A stretch of 64,000 nt of DNA, from the NCBI GenBank assembly GCA_003525075.1, contig DQFO01000014.1:64032-128031 (forward strand), read 5' to 3'. A model generated the notes under the pieces. The model did not search any database. It saw only the letters and a list, made by a program, of their open reading frames with translations, and was not told the DNA's origin. The position numbers and the translations under genes were made by a program. Of this stretch, positions 27,784-37,884 are shown piece by piece. Each line of letters opens with the position of its first letter. Position 1 is the first letter of the stretch. The stretch comes from Clostridiales bacterium (GTDB taxonomy: Bacteria > Bacillota > Clostridia > TANB77 > CAG-508).

Positions 27784-28416
27784 ATGACTACTCGTTGGAT
27801 TGCTGTTACTGGCTTGGACGGAAGTGGCAAAACCACTTTGGTCGACAATCTCGTTAAATTTCTCGAATCTAAGGGATTCAAGGTTTACCGGGATCGTTTC
27901 CCCCACGATAAGTATTTGACCAAGACTCTCTTGAATGAGAGCAAGGATGCTTATACTGATCGTCTGCTCTTTGCACTGGATAATCGCATCGCGGGTACTC
28001 ACCTGCGTGGCATCATTGAGACTGGTGAATATGATTTCATAGTTACTCAGCGTTGTTTCCTGGACAGTTTTGTCCATGGTGCAGTTCAGGGCTATTCCTA
28101 TTCTTGGGTGTCTGAACTCAATCATGTCAGAGATCTTCCCAAGTGTGACATTATGGTCCACATGGTCGCAGAAGCCCGCATCGCGTATGCGCGCATTTGC
28201 AATGATCCTGATGCTGATAAGTTCGAATATCCTGAATACATCGGCAAACAAGAGCAAGAAACCCGGCGGGCATATGTTGAAGTTGAAGCGCATAACAATC
28301 CTGCACTCATCCACTTTAACACTTGCCAAAACATCTACATGGACACCACTCAGATGTCCACTGATGAGGTCTTCGAAACGGTAAGCTCTAAGCTCGTTAA
28401 GATGCTCAACCTCTAA
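27784..28416 (+). CDS. P-loop nucleoside/nucleotide kinase-like protein (deoxynucleoside kinase / thymidylate kinase superfamily) encoded by a compositionally foreign GC-rich ORF
   Basis: 211 aa from the ATG at 27784. The ORF-track TTG start at 27679 lies inside the promoter and is spurious. Walker A is IAVTGLDGSGKTT. VTQRCFLDSF resembles the dNK ERS...DR-F motif, and the Arg-rich EARIAYARICNDPDADKFE is LID-like. The ORF is about 50% GC with ctg/gcc/ggc/cgc codons, and a terminator follows 5 nt after the stop. Confidence 0.6.
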   Translation: MTTRWIAVTGLDGSGKTTLVDNLVKFLESKGFKVYRDRFPHDKYLTKTLLNESKDAYTDRLLFALDNRIAGTHLRGIIETGEYDFIVTQRCFLDSFVHGAVQGYSYSWVSELNHVRDLPKCDIMVHMVAEARIAYARICNDPDADKFEYPEYIGKQEQETRRAYVEVEAHNNPALIHFNTCQNIYMDTTQMSTDEVFETVSSKLVKMLNL

Positions 28417-28420
28417 AAAA

Positions 28421-28462
28421 TAAAGCCCAAGTAGCGTATACGTTACTTGGGCTTTATTTTAT
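28421..28462. terminator. rho-independent terminator (GC-rich stem with one G-U wobble) shared by the convergent foreign kinase ORF and the GGDEF gene
   Basis: aaataaagcccaagtagcgta tacgttacttgggctttatttt. Confidence 0.7.
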
Positions 28463-28469
28463 TAAAATC

Positions 28470-29396
28470 TTATTCATGTCTTCTATCAACTGCATAACTA
28501 CTTCCAATAATAGATTTTGCAACATGTTTTACTTGTGCTCCTATTTCACCTATTTCCAATATATTGGCAAATCTATCCTTATCTGCAATTACAGCTCCTA
28601 TAGAAATTGATGTTAAAGAAAATTGTTCTATAATTCCTTTTCTATTTGCAACCTCTATATATCCTTTTTCTAGATCCTCTTCAGTAAAGAATTTTGTTAC
28701 CCCTTCATCAAAGTTAGCAATTATTAATTGGCATATATTATCAACATCTAATGTTGGAACGATTGCTATAAAATCATCTCCACCTATATGCCCTATAAAA
28801 TAATTTTCCTTAAAACTTTGATGAATACATTTTAAAATTGTATCTGCTGTATATTCAATTATTTGATCTCCTTTTAAAAATCCATATACATCATTATATG
28901 CTTTAAAATTATCCAAATCTAAATATAAAACTGAAAATTCCTCTTTATTTGTAATTCTTTTCTTCAATTCTGCATGAATTTGTACATTTCCTGGTAAACC
29001 TGTTAATGGACTTATTCTTCTATTCATTTTCAATAATCTATCTAAGTTTTTTATTGTATAATACAAATATTCTGTATCAACTGGTTTTTTTATATAATAT
29101 TCAACTGATTGTTCTAAAACTTCTAATTTATGATATTTATCAGTATTTGATGACACAACAATTATTGGTGTTATTTGATTATCTTCATCTGTTCTTATCT
29201 GTTTACATAGGCCTGTAATATCTCTATCTATTGAATCTTCATTTATAATTATCAAAAAAGGTATATTTTTTAATGTTATATCTATTTGTTCAGTTTTTAC
29301 TCCAATAAATTTGAACTCTTTATCATTTCTAAATAATTCTTTAAAAATCGGAATAGATGATTCATCATCATCTATTACATATATATCTTGTGCCAT
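28470..29396 (-). CDS. response regulator with receiver domain and GGDEF-type domain carrying a non-canonical GGDDF motif
   Basis: 308 aa. The N-terminal receiver is MAQDIYVIDDDESS.... The C-terminal GGDEF fold has ...RISPLTGLPGN... and IGHIGGDDFIAIVP. Confidence 0.75.
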   Translation of the reverse strand: MAQDIYVIDDDESSIPIFKELFRNDKEFKFIGVKTEQIDITLKNIPFLIIINEDSIDRDITGLCKQIRTDEDNQITPIIVVSSNTDKYHKLEVLEQSVEYYIKKPVDTEYLYYTIKNLDRLLKMNRRISPLTGLPGNVQIHAELKKRITNKEEFSVLYLDLDNFKAYNDVYGFLKGDQIIEYTADTILKCIHQSFKENYFIGHIGGDDFIAIVPTLDVDNICQLIIANFDEGVTKFFTEEDLEKGYIEVANRKGIIEQFSLTSISIGAVIADKDRFANILEIGEIGAQVKHVAKSIIGSSYAVDRRHE

Positions 29397-29421
29397 ATTT
29401 TCCCTCGTTTCTTATTTTATT

Positions 29422-30393
29422 CTATGGTAAACTACATTGTGCCTTCTTTGAAGTTGTCAAATTCTCATTTGATGCCTCTATTATTAATTTATTATCAAAT
29501 CCTTTTTGTAGTACAATTTCTGTTGTATATTCACTTGAATTTACATCTATATTTACTTTTTCTTCATCATTTAAAGTTATTTTTACATTTTTTAGTATAA
29601 CTTCGTCTTTTATTGATATTGAATAATAAACATTTCCATCAAGCTTCTTTATCGCTTGAACTTTTATTTCTGGTACTTTTGCTCCAATTACTACTTGTGT
29701 TTTTTCTGTTTTTATTCCTTTATCATCTATTACTTCTATTTTTAGCGTATGTTTTCCAACTGGTGCTATAATTCTTTCTGAATATTGTGTTGAATTAACT
29801 TCTATTACTTTCTCTTGTTCATCATCCCATTTATATGATACTTTCTTTATTTTTTCAACTGATGTAACTGTTAATTTTACAGCATTATCCACATTATTTA
29901 AATCTATTTGTGCTAAATTACCTACAGTATATTCTTGTTCATATTCTACAAGATGATTCATTTCATCTGTTGCTTTTACAACTATCTTGTTTTTTCCTCC
30001 ATCCAATTTTACTGTAGTTTTTATATCTTGTTGATTATTTCCTTCAATAACTTTTTCATCTTGATTGTTTAGTGTATATATAACTTGTGTTATTCCTTTT
30101 GGATGGTGAACTGAAATGTCAACAGAACTTTCATCTTCATTAAAACTAAAATTAACTACTGGTGTTGCATTTTCTTCAATATTTTTATTTATTTTGTCTT
30201 TTGCATATATACTTCCAGCAATAATACATATCCCTAAAATTAATATACTTATTGCAAAAAAGATTACTATTTTATTTATTTCAATAACTGATTTTTCTTT
30301 ATATACTTTTTGTTTTTTATTTTGATTATAATTTCCATAGTTTATATTATTATTTTTGAATTGTTCTTCACCTGTATCTAATATTTGATTCAT
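29422..30393 (-). CDS. type-II membrane-anchored protein with extracellular beta-rich (Ig-like) repeats, hypothetical
   Basis: 323 aa. A single TM helix (IVIFFAISILILGICIIAGSIYA) follows an N/Q/K-rich cytoplasmic N-terminus. The remainder is V/T/K-rich beta-strand periodicity. Confidence 0.5.
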   Translation of the reverse strand: MNQILDTGEEQFKNNNINYGNYNQNKKQKVYKEKSVIEINKIVIFFAISILILGICIIAGSIYAKDKINKNIEENATPVVNFSFNEDESSVDISVHHPKGITQVIYTLNNQDEKVIEGNNQQDIKTTVKLDGGKNKIVVKATDEMNHLVEYEQEYTVGNLAQIDLNNVDNAVKLTVTSVEKIKKVSYKWDDEQEKVIEVNSTQYSERIIAPVGKHTLKIEVIDDKGIKTEKTQVVIGAKVPEIKVQAIKKLDGNVYYSISIKDEVILKNVKITLNDEEKVNIDVNSSEYTTEIVLQKGFDNKLIIEASNENLTTSKKAQCSLP

Positions 30394-30502
30394 TTTTTCA
30401 CCTCATGTTTTTTTATTTCTATGTTGAATTATAACATATTGATTTTTAGTTGTAAATAGTAAGATTTAATAAAATTTTTTCCTATTTTATTATTATTACA
30501 CA

Positions 30503-30540
30503 AATCAAAAGACTAGATTATTGTAAATCTAGTCTTTTGA
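30503..30540. terminator. rho-independent terminator downstream of ldh
   Basis: caaaagactagatt attgtaa atctagtcttttgatttt, a perfect 14-bp stem. Confidence 0.7.
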
Positions 30541-30542
30541 TT

Positions 30543-31499
30543 TTATTGTTTTAACATTGGATCAATTTCATTTTTTATATTTTCTTTCATTATATCACAA
30601 CTATGATCAAATTTTGCTTGATCTTCATTGCTAAGTTTTAATTTCAATATTTCTTTTACACCATTTTTATTTATTATTGCTGGAACTCCTATATATAAAC
30701 CTTCTTGTTCATATTCTCCATTTTGATATGTTGAAACTGTTAATATTGCATTTTCGTCATTTAAAACTGCTTTCACTAATCTATTTAATGCCATACCAAT
30801 TCCATAATATGTTGCTCTCTTTTTATCAATTATTTCATATGCTGCTTTCCATACTCCATCATGAATTTTCTTTAAATCTTCCATTGGATAATTATTGTCT
30901 TCCATAATATCAACCATTTTTTTACATCCAACATAGCAATGCTCCCATGGAACAAATGATGAATCACCATGTTCTCCTAATATATATGCATGTACATTTT
31001 TACTTGAAACATCTAAGTATTCTGCAATTAAATATCTTAAACGTGCTGTATCTAATACTGTTCCAGATCCTATTACCTTTGATGTTGGTAAACCTGACAC
31101 TTTTGAAACAACATATGACATTAAGTCTACTGGGTTACTTGCAATTATAAATACTCCATTAAATCCACTCGCCATTACTTGTTCTGTTATTTCTTTTACT
31201 ATTTTTGTATTAGCTACTGCTAATTCTAATCTAGATTGTCCTGGTTTTTGTGGTAATCCAGCTGTTATAACAACTACATTAGCATCTTTACATTCAGAAT
31301 AATCTCCTGCTTTTATTGTCATTTTTTGTGGGGCATATGGTAATCCATGTGATAAATCCATTTCCTCACCTTTTGCTTTATCTTTTAATACATCTATTAG
31401 TACAAGTTCATCTACTCCTCCTTGGTTTAGCATTGCATATGCCATACTCATTCCAACAAAACCTGTTCCTACTAATACTACTTTTTTATTTGTATCCAT
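30543..31499 (-). CDS. ldh: L-lactate dehydrogenase
   Basis: VVLVGTGFVGMSMAYA is the NAD-binding motif, and the LDH substrate loop and catalytic His are present (GEHGDS). The start is probably the internal MDTNKK; the 19 aa upstream in the ORF track are likely not translated. Confidence 0.9.
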   Translation of the reverse strand: MDTNKKVVLVGTGFVGMSMAYAMLNQGGVDELVLIDVLKDKAKGEEMDLSHGLPYAPQKMTIKAGDYSECKDANVVVITAGLPQKPGQSRLELAVANTKIVKEITEQVMASGFNGVFIIASNPVDLMSYVVSKVSGLPTSKVIGSGTVLDTARLRYLIAEYLDVSSKNVHAYILGEHGDSSFVPWEHCYVGCKKMVDIMEDNNYPMEDLKKIHDGVWKAAYEIIDKKRATYYGIGMALNRLVKAVLNDENAILTVSTYQNGEYEQEGLYIGVPAIINKNGVKEILKLKLSNEDQAKFDHSCDIMKENIKNEIDPMLKQ

Positions 31500-31562
31500 A
31501 AAAATCACATTCCTTTCCCATTTGTTTTTGAACATTATAATTATAGCACATATCACTAATTT

Positions 31563-33266
31563 TTAAACTATTTTTTTATTAAATTCTTTTAATTTTTCTT
31601 CAACTTCACTTGTAGTTCCTAACTTTAATATTTCTTCTGCTAATTTTTCACATTCTTTTTTATCTAACATATTAACAATTTTTCTTGAATTTAATATTTT
31701 ATTAGGATTCATTGAAAATTCATCTAATCCTAACCCCACTAATAATGGTATTAATAATTCATCACTAGCTGCTTCTCCACACATTCCGCAAAATATTCCA
31801 GCCTTATGTGCCCCATCTATTGATGATTTTATTAATCTTATAACTGCTGGATGATATTTTGAATATAAATTTGATATTTTTTCATTTCCTCTTTCTACTG
31901 CAACGGTGTATTGAATTAAATCGTTTGTTCCTATACTAAAGAAATCACATTCTTTTGCAATTTCTTCTGCAATAATTGCTACAGATGGTATTTCTACCAT
32001 TATTCCTGTTTTTATATCTTTTTTATATTCTTTTCCTTCATTATCTAATTCTTTCTTACATTCTTCTACAACTGCTTTTGCTCTTCTTAATTCTTCTATT
32101 GAAGAAATCATTGGAAACATTATTGCAATATTTCCATATGCACTTGCTCTTAATAATGCTCTTATTTGTGGCTTAAATATTTCAGGATTATCTAGGCATA
32201 ATCTAATTGCTCTATATCCTAAAAATGGATTTGCTTCTTTTTCCATTTTTAAATATTTAATTTCTTTATCTCCTCCAACATCTAGTGTTCTTATTATTAC
32301 TTGTTTTCCTTGCATTTTTTCAGCAACTTCTTTATATGAATTAAATTGTTCTTCTTCTGTTGGCATTTCTTCACTATCCATATATAAAAATTCACTTCTT
32401 AATAATCCAATTCCTTCTGCTGTATTTTTTAAAACTAATTCCACATCTGCTGGTGTTCCTATGTTTGATACAAGTTCAACTTTAAATCCATCTTTTGTCT
32501 TACTTTCTGAATTTTTATATTTTTCTAATTCAACTTTACTTTCAATAAAATCTTTTTGGATTTTTATTAAATTTTGTTGTTGTTCTTCTGTTGGATTTTC
32601 AAAGATTTCTCCACTTCCTCCATTTATGGCTACATATTCTCCATTTTTTAATATTGTTGTTGCATTTTCTACTTTTGTTACTGCTGGAAGCAAATGAGTT
32701 CTTGCCATAATTGATGTATGAGAATTTTCTCCACCAACTTCTGTAATTATTCCTGATATATTCTTAAAATCTAATTTTGCTGTATCTGATGTTGTAAGTT
32801 CTTTTGCAACTATTATTGTATTATTTTTTAATTTACTCAAATCTATCTTTTCTTCATTATATAATTTTGATATTATTCTATCTTTTATATCTGCAATATC
32901 TCTAGCTCTTCCAGACATATATTCATCATCCATATTTTCAAATATTTGTATTACAGAATTAAATCCCATTTCTGTGGCATATTCTGCATTTATTTTTGAA
33001 TTTTTAATTTGACTTTCTGTTTCTAAAATTAATGATGGATCTTGCATAATCATCAAATATGCTGTCATAATTTCTTTTTCTGTTCCTCTTGCCTTTTCTA
33101 CAATTTGATTAGTTTCATTTATTACCTCTTCTAGAGCTTTATGAAATCGTTCTAATTCTTTATCTGAATCTTCTACAATATTTTTTTCTATTTTTCTTAT
33201 TTCATTTTTCAAAATAACAATATTTCCAAAACCAATACCTACAGAAACTCCTTTTCCTTTTATCAT
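31563..33266 (-). CDS. ptsI: phosphoenolpyruvate-protein phosphotransferase (PTS enzyme I)
   Basis: About 567 aa. The phosphohistidine domain has GGENSHTSIMAR. The PEP-utilising C-terminal barrel has the catalytic Cys region (GMCGE). The probable start is MIKGKG. Confidence 0.9.
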   Translation of the reverse strand: MIKGKGVSVGIGFGNIVILKNEIRKIEKNIVEDSDKELERFHKALEEVINETNQIVEKARGTEKEIMTAYLMIMQDPSLILETESQIKNSKINAEYATEMGFNSVIQIFENMDDEYMSGRARDIADIKDRIISKLYNEEKIDLSKLKNNTIIVAKELTTSDTAKLDFKNISGIITEVGGENSHTSIMARTHLLPAVTKVENATTILKNGEYVAINGGSGEIFENPTEEQQQNLIKIQKDFIESKVELEKYKNSESKTKDGFKVELVSNIGTPADVELVLKNTAEGIGLLRSEFLYMDSEEMPTEEEQFNSYKEVAEKMQGKQVIIRTLDVGGDKEIKYLKMEKEANPFLGYRAIRLCLDNPEIFKPQIRALLRASAYGNIAIMFPMISSIEELRRAKAVVEECKKELDNEGKEYKKDIKTGIMVEIPSVAIIAEEIAKECDFFSIGTNDLIQYTVAVERGNEKISNLYSKYHPAVIRLIKSSIDGAHKAGIFCGMCGEAASDELLIPLLVGLGLDEFSMNPNKILNSRKIVNMLDKKECEKLAEEILKLGTTSEVEEKLKEFNKKIV

Positions 33267-33329
33267 TTTTATCACATTCCTTCCTAACATATTAAATGCC
33301 TATAATAAAATTATTATAGGCATTTTTTA

Positions 33330-33593
33330 TTATTCTCCAAAGTTATTTTCAAAAGCTTGTAAAAGCTCTTTCATTGCAGATTCTTCGTCTGCTCCATCAC
33401 ATTGAATTTCAATTTCTGTACTTGATTTAATTCCAGCTGCCATAATATTTAAGATTGATTTTGCATTAATTGTTTTTCCATTTGCAATTAAGCTTATTGT
33501 ACTTTGATATTTTGATGCGATTTTTACTATTTCTGATGCAGGTCTTGCATGTAAACCTGTTTCATTTTTTAATGTAATTTTTTCTGTTTTCAT
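33330..33593 (-). CDS. ptsH: phosphocarrier protein HPr
   Basis: 87 aa. GLHARPAS carries the His15 site. The Ser46 region is GKTINAKSILNIMAAG. Confidence 0.95.
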   Translation of the reverse strand: MKTEKITLKNETGLHARPASEIVKIASKYQSTISLIANGKTINAKSILNIMAAGIKSSTEIEIQCDGADEESAMKELLQAFENNFGE

Positions 33594-33613
33594 ATTTTAT
33601 CTCATTCCTTCCA

Positions 33614-35536
33614 TTATTTTTTATCATATTCAGGTAAGTTTTTCTTTAATTTTGCCATAATCATAGTTGATACAACTGTTCCTACAGCAATTGCTAATAA
33701 ATATAATAAAGGATGTCCTATTGTTGCTACAACAAATATTCCTCCGTGTGGTGCCATCAATGTACAATTAAATATCATTGATAATGCCCCTGTTACTGCT
33801 GAACCAACAACAAATGCTGGTAATGTTCTTAATGGATCTGCAGATGCAAATGGTATTGCACCTTCTGATATAAATGAAAGTCCCATTATATAATTAACAT
33901 ATGCTGCTTGTTTATCTTTTTTAGATATTTTCTTTGGAAATGCTGTTGCTAAAAATGCGATTGCAAGTGGTGGTACCATTCCTCCAGCCATTACTGCTGC
34001 CATTATTTCATATTGACCTGATGCTAACATTCCTGTTCCAAATGTATATGCTGCTTTATTAATAGGTCCTCCTAGGTCTATTGCCATCATTCCACCTAAG
34101 ATTGCGCCTAAAACAACTTTATTTGCAGTTCCCATTGATGATAAGTAATTATTTATTGCTGTATTTATTGCTCCAACATATGGGTTAATTAATAACATAA
34201 ATGCTCCAATAAGTAAAATTCCAAATACTGGATATAATAAGATTGTTTTTATTCCCTCTATACTGTCTGGTAAATAACTGCAAATTTTCTTTAATAATAT
34301 TACAATATATCCACCAACAAAACCTGCTATTAAAGCTCCTAAAAATCCTGAACTTACAAGTACAACTGAACTATCTGTTAATGATGCAAATGTTGTTCCT
34401 TGAACTGCTAAAATTCCTCCAACAAATCCAACTGCTAAACCTGGTCTATCTGCAATACTCATTGCTATATACCCAGCCAATATATATAACATTACATTAA
34501 ATGCTGCTCCTCCGACTGTTTTAAAGAATGCAGCTACTGGTGTATTCATACCAAAATTAGATGGATTTATTGAATAATCATCTAATAAAAATGCTATTGC
34601 AATTAAAATACCTCCACCTACAACAAATGGTAACATATGTGTAACACCATTCATTAAATGTTTGTATATTTTTGTTCCAAATCCTTCTTTTTCATCTGAA
34701 TCACTATTTTGAGATTTATTGCTTGAATGATATATTTTTGCATCACTTGATAATACACGTTCTATTAACTCTTGTGGTCTATTAATTCCATCTGCAACTT
34801 TTGCCTTTATTAATTTTTTGCCATCAAATCTTGACAAATCAATCTTTGTGTCTGCAGCAATTATTACTGCTTTTGCATTTTTTATTTCTTCTTTTGTAAA
34901 TTTATTTTTCACACCTGAAGAACCATGTGTTTCTACTTTTACTTTATGTCCTAATTGTTCTCCCATTTTTTCTAATGCTTCTGCTGCCATATATGTATGA
35001 GCAATTCCTGTAGGACATGATGTAATAGCTAATATTTCATATTCATCATTTTTCTTTGTTTGTGATAATTTTGCATTTTCTGCAATATCTATATATCTTA
35101 GAAATTCTTCTGGAGTTTTTGCTTCCATTAGAGACTTCCTAAATTCTGTATCCATCAATAATGTTGATAATCTACTTAATACATCTAAATGTACATTATC
35201 TTTTGTATTTGGTGCGGCAATTAAAAATAATAATTTTGCAGGCTGTCCATCTAATGAATCAAATTCTACTCCATCATTTATTACCATTGCTGATAATCCT
35301 GGTTTTGAAACTGCATCTGTTTTTCCATGTGGTATTGCAATTCCTTCTCCAATTCCTGTTGACCCTTCTTCTTCTCTTTTTAATACAACTTGTGTGTATT
35401 TTTCTTTGTCTGTTAAGTTTCCATTTTTCGCCATTAAATCTACTAATTTATTAATAGCATCTTGTTTACTATTTGCTATGCCATTTAATTTTATAGCATC
35501 TTTGCTAAGTAAATCTGTAATTTTCATAACATTCAT
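33614..35536 (-). CDS. fruA: PTS fructose-specific transporter subunit IIABC
   Basis: 640 aa with an N-terminal IIA domain (GIAIPHG), a IIB domain (ITSCPTGIAHTYMA) and a C-terminal IIC polytopic domain. It is adjacent to fruK. Confidence 0.9.
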   Translation of the reverse strand: MNVMKITDLLSKDAIKLNGIANSKQDAINKLVDLMAKNGNLTDKEKYTQVVLKREEEGSTGIGEGIAIPHGKTDAVSKPGLSAMVINDGVEFDSLDGQPAKLLFLIAAPNTKDNVHLDVLSRLSTLLMDTEFRKSLMEAKTPEEFLRYIDIAENAKLSQTKKNDEYEILAITSCPTGIAHTYMAAEALEKMGEQLGHKVKVETHGSSGVKNKFTKEEIKNAKAVIIAADTKIDLSRFDGKKLIKAKVADGINRPQELIERVLSSDAKIYHSSNKSQNSDSDEKEGFGTKIYKHLMNGVTHMLPFVVGGGILIAIAFLLDDYSINPSNFGMNTPVAAFFKTVGGAAFNVMLYILAGYIAMSIADRPGLAVGFVGGILAVQGTTFASLTDSSVVLVSSGFLGALIAGFVGGYIVILLKKICSYLPDSIEGIKTILLYPVFGILLIGAFMLLINPYVGAINTAINNYLSSMGTANKVVLGAILGGMMAIDLGGPINKAAYTFGTGMLASGQYEIMAAVMAGGMVPPLAIAFLATAFPKKISKKDKQAAYVNYIMGLSFISEGAIPFASADPLRTLPAFVVGSAVTGALSMIFNCTLMAPHGGIFVVATIGHPLLYLLAIAVGTVVSTMIMAKLKKNLPEYDKK

Positions 35537-35600
35537 CCTTTCTTTAGTTTTTCTATATAAAGACCTTTAAGCTATATCTTAAAGAATTTTATAAACTTAT

Positions 35601-36542
35601 TTATATTTTTTCTATAGTAATTTGTTTTAATAATCCATTAATTTCTTCATTCATTGCCAATCCTGCTGAAAAAGCTGTTGCACTTCCTGATGCAATTCCT
35701 AATTTTAGAGCTTCTTTGTAATCTTTTTTTTTCAAATATCCTGCTACAAAACCAGCAACCATTGAGTCTCCTGCACCCACTGTATTTATAACTTGTCCTT
35801 TTGGTGTATTTGAATAATATACTTCGTTTTTTTCTGTAAGTAATATTGCTCCATCTCCACCAAGTGATATAAGTACATTTTGAGCACCTTTTTCTTGAAG
35901 CTTTTTAGCATAAATTATTATTTCTTCTTTTGTTTCTATTTTTGTATTAAATGTTTCTTCTAATTCTTCTTTATTTGGTTTTATAAAAAATGGTTTATAT
36001 TTTAAGCAATTCATTAATAATTTTTGCGATGCATCTACTACAAATTTTACATTCTTTCCATCTAATTCTTTACATATTATTTCATATATATTTTCATTTA
36101 TACATTTTGGAATATTTCCAGATAATATTACTATATCATTTGAATTAATATTTTGTATTTTCTGTAACAATTTTTCAATATCATTTTCTGTAATTTCTGG
36201 TCCATTACCATTTAATGCTGTCTCACTTTCTTGTATTAATGAATTTTTTTCTAATGAGCTAATCTTTACATTTATTCTAGTATATCCTCTGTTCGTTTCA
36301 ATAAATTCCGTTTCTATATTATATTGTCGTATTTTTCTTTCTAATTCTTTTCCAGTAAATCCTGCTATAAAAGAAAGTGCCGTATTTTCTATTCCTAATC
36401 TTTTTAAAATTATTGACACATTTAACCCTTTTCCTCCGGCTAATATATTTTCTGATTTTGTTCTATTTATTTTTCCTATTTCAAATTTTTCAACTTGTAC
36501 TGTATAGTCTAAAGCAGGATTAAATGTTATTGTATATATCAT
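35601..36542 (-). CDS. fruK: 1-phosphofructokinase (PfkB family)
   Basis: 313 aa. The ribokinase-family motifs GGKGLN and the C-terminal DTVGAGDSMVAGF are present. Confidence 0.85.
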   Translation of the reverse strand: MIYTITFNPALDYTVQVEKFEIGKINRTKSENILAGGKGLNVSIILKRLGIENTALSFIAGFTGKELERKIRQYNIETEFIETNRGYTRINVKISSLEKNSLIQESETALNGNGPEITENDIEKLLQKIQNINSNDIVILSGNIPKCINENIYEIICKELDGKNVKFVVDASQKLLMNCLKYKPFFIKPNKEELEETFNTKIETKEEIIIYAKKLQEKGAQNVLISLGGDGAILLTEKNEVYYSNTPKGQVINTVGAGDSMVAGFVAGYLKKKDYKEALKLGIASGSATAFSAGLAMNEEINGLLKQITIEKI

Positions 36543-36688
36543 ATTTTCACATTCCTTTCCTCTTTTGTTCTCATTTCCAATTTGATAATATCATAATCTT
36601 ATTTTTTTTACAATAGATTTTTTCATTTTAGACCTAAAAAAAGAACCACAATTTTTCAATATAATTGTGATTCCGACTTTTTTCTTTT

Positions 36689-37252
36689 TTATCCGTTAAA
36701 TGGTATAAATTTATTTACTATACTTCCTGCTGATGCTTTTCCAATTTCTCCATCATCTGTTCTAAACATTGCATATGAAGAATTTATTTTACTATCTATT
36801 AATTCTTCTACTTCATTTTGTGTTGAATTTTCTGCAAAAACAAGTTCGCTTACAAGTATTTGTTTTGCATTATATAACATTTTCTTTTCACCTGTTGATA
36901 AACCTTTTTCTTTTTGTTTAAAACTTAAATTTCTGACAACATCTGCGATTTCATAAATGTTTCCACTTTTCATTTTGTCCATATTTTCTCTATAACGTTT
37001 ATTCCAATTCTTTTCCATTTCTGTTTCATCTTGTTCTAATACTGACATAACTTTTTGTGCTTCTTCTTTATTTATTACACTTCTTATACCATGTTCTTCA
37101 GCTGTTGCTGTTGGTATCATTACCTTAACTTCTCCAGGCATTTCTAATATATAATATGATTGTTTTTCCTCCATTACTTCTCTTTCTTCTATTGCTACAA
37201 TTCTTCCTGCTCCATGCATTGGGTATACAACTTCGTCTCCTACATTATACAT
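36689..37252 (-). CDS. CarD/CdnL-family transcriptional regulator
   Basis: The CarD_TRCF RNAP-interacting domain is present (YNVGDEVVYPMHGAGRIVAIEEREV...). The likely start is MYNVG with SD gagaggag. A terminator hairpin lies at about 36640-36680. Confidence 0.8.
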   Translation of the reverse strand: MYNVGDEVVYPMHGAGRIVAIEEREVMEEKQSYYILEMPGEVKVMIPTATAEEHGIRSVINKEEAQKVMSVLEQDETEMEKNWNKRYRENMDKMKSGNIYEIADVVRNLSFKQKEKGLSTGEKKMLYNAKQILVSELVFAENSTQNEVEELIDSKINSSYAMFRTDDGEIGKASAGSIVNKFIPFNG

Positions 37253-37403
37253 GTCTTTCTCTCCTCTCAGTAAATTTATTTGGCATATTTCAATCATAAA
37301 ATTTTTTTTTTAGATTTTTTTAACCTTCTTTATTATACCACAAAAAATGGCAAAAGTCAAAGCATTTGCCATTTTTTCTAATTTTTTTATTGCTAATTTT
37401 AAA

Positions 37404-37865
37404 CTAATTGGTAGATCCAAATCCACCATTTCTTTCACCATTTGCAGTATCATTATCTGCCACAAGATATGGTGTAAATATTGCCTGACCTATTCTGTCA
37501 CCTTTTTTTATTTCTATATCTTCATCTTTTATATTATAAAAAGCAAACATTATATGTCCATCATTATCTTCATTTCCATAATAATCTTTATCTACAATTC
37601 CAATACTATTTGCTAATATTAATCCTTTTTTTCCTGGATTAGAACTTCTATTTACTAACATTAAATATTCATTATCTTGCATATATGCTTTTATACCTGT
37701 TTTTACTAATGTAGGTTTCATACCTTTCTTAAAGCTTGGAATTATAACATCTTCTGCTGATTCTACATCATATCCAGCTGAATATTTTGTCTTTCTTTCT
37801 GGTAAATTTATTCCATTATTTTCAAATCCTTTTGCTATCTCAAATCCTCTAATTCTTTTCATCAT
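37404..37865 (-). CDS. dut: dUTP diphosphatase
   Basis: 153 aa with the dUTPase motifs SAGYDV, GLILANSIGIVDKDY and the C-terminal RNGGFGSTN. Confidence 0.9.
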   Translation of the reverse strand: MMKRIRGFEIAKGFENNGINLPERKTKYSAGYDVESAEDVIIPSFKKGMKPTLVKTGIKAYMQDNEYLMLVNRSSNPGKKGLILANSIGIVDKDYYGNEDNDGHIMFAFYNIKDEDIEIKKGDRIGQAIFTPYLVADNDTANGERNGGFGSTN

Positions 37866-37884
37866 TTTTTCCTTTCATTTGTTT

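Noticed and set aside
27480-27881. 133-aa minus-strand ORF spanning the PHP gene 3' end and the cassette 2 promoter
   Set aside because: It overlaps a well-supported plus-strand gene and a promoter, and has no homology-like features.
37347-37616. 89-aa plus-strand ORF between the CarD-like gene and dut
   Set aside because: It overlaps the dut C-terminus antisense, has low-complexity FYI-rich content and no SD.
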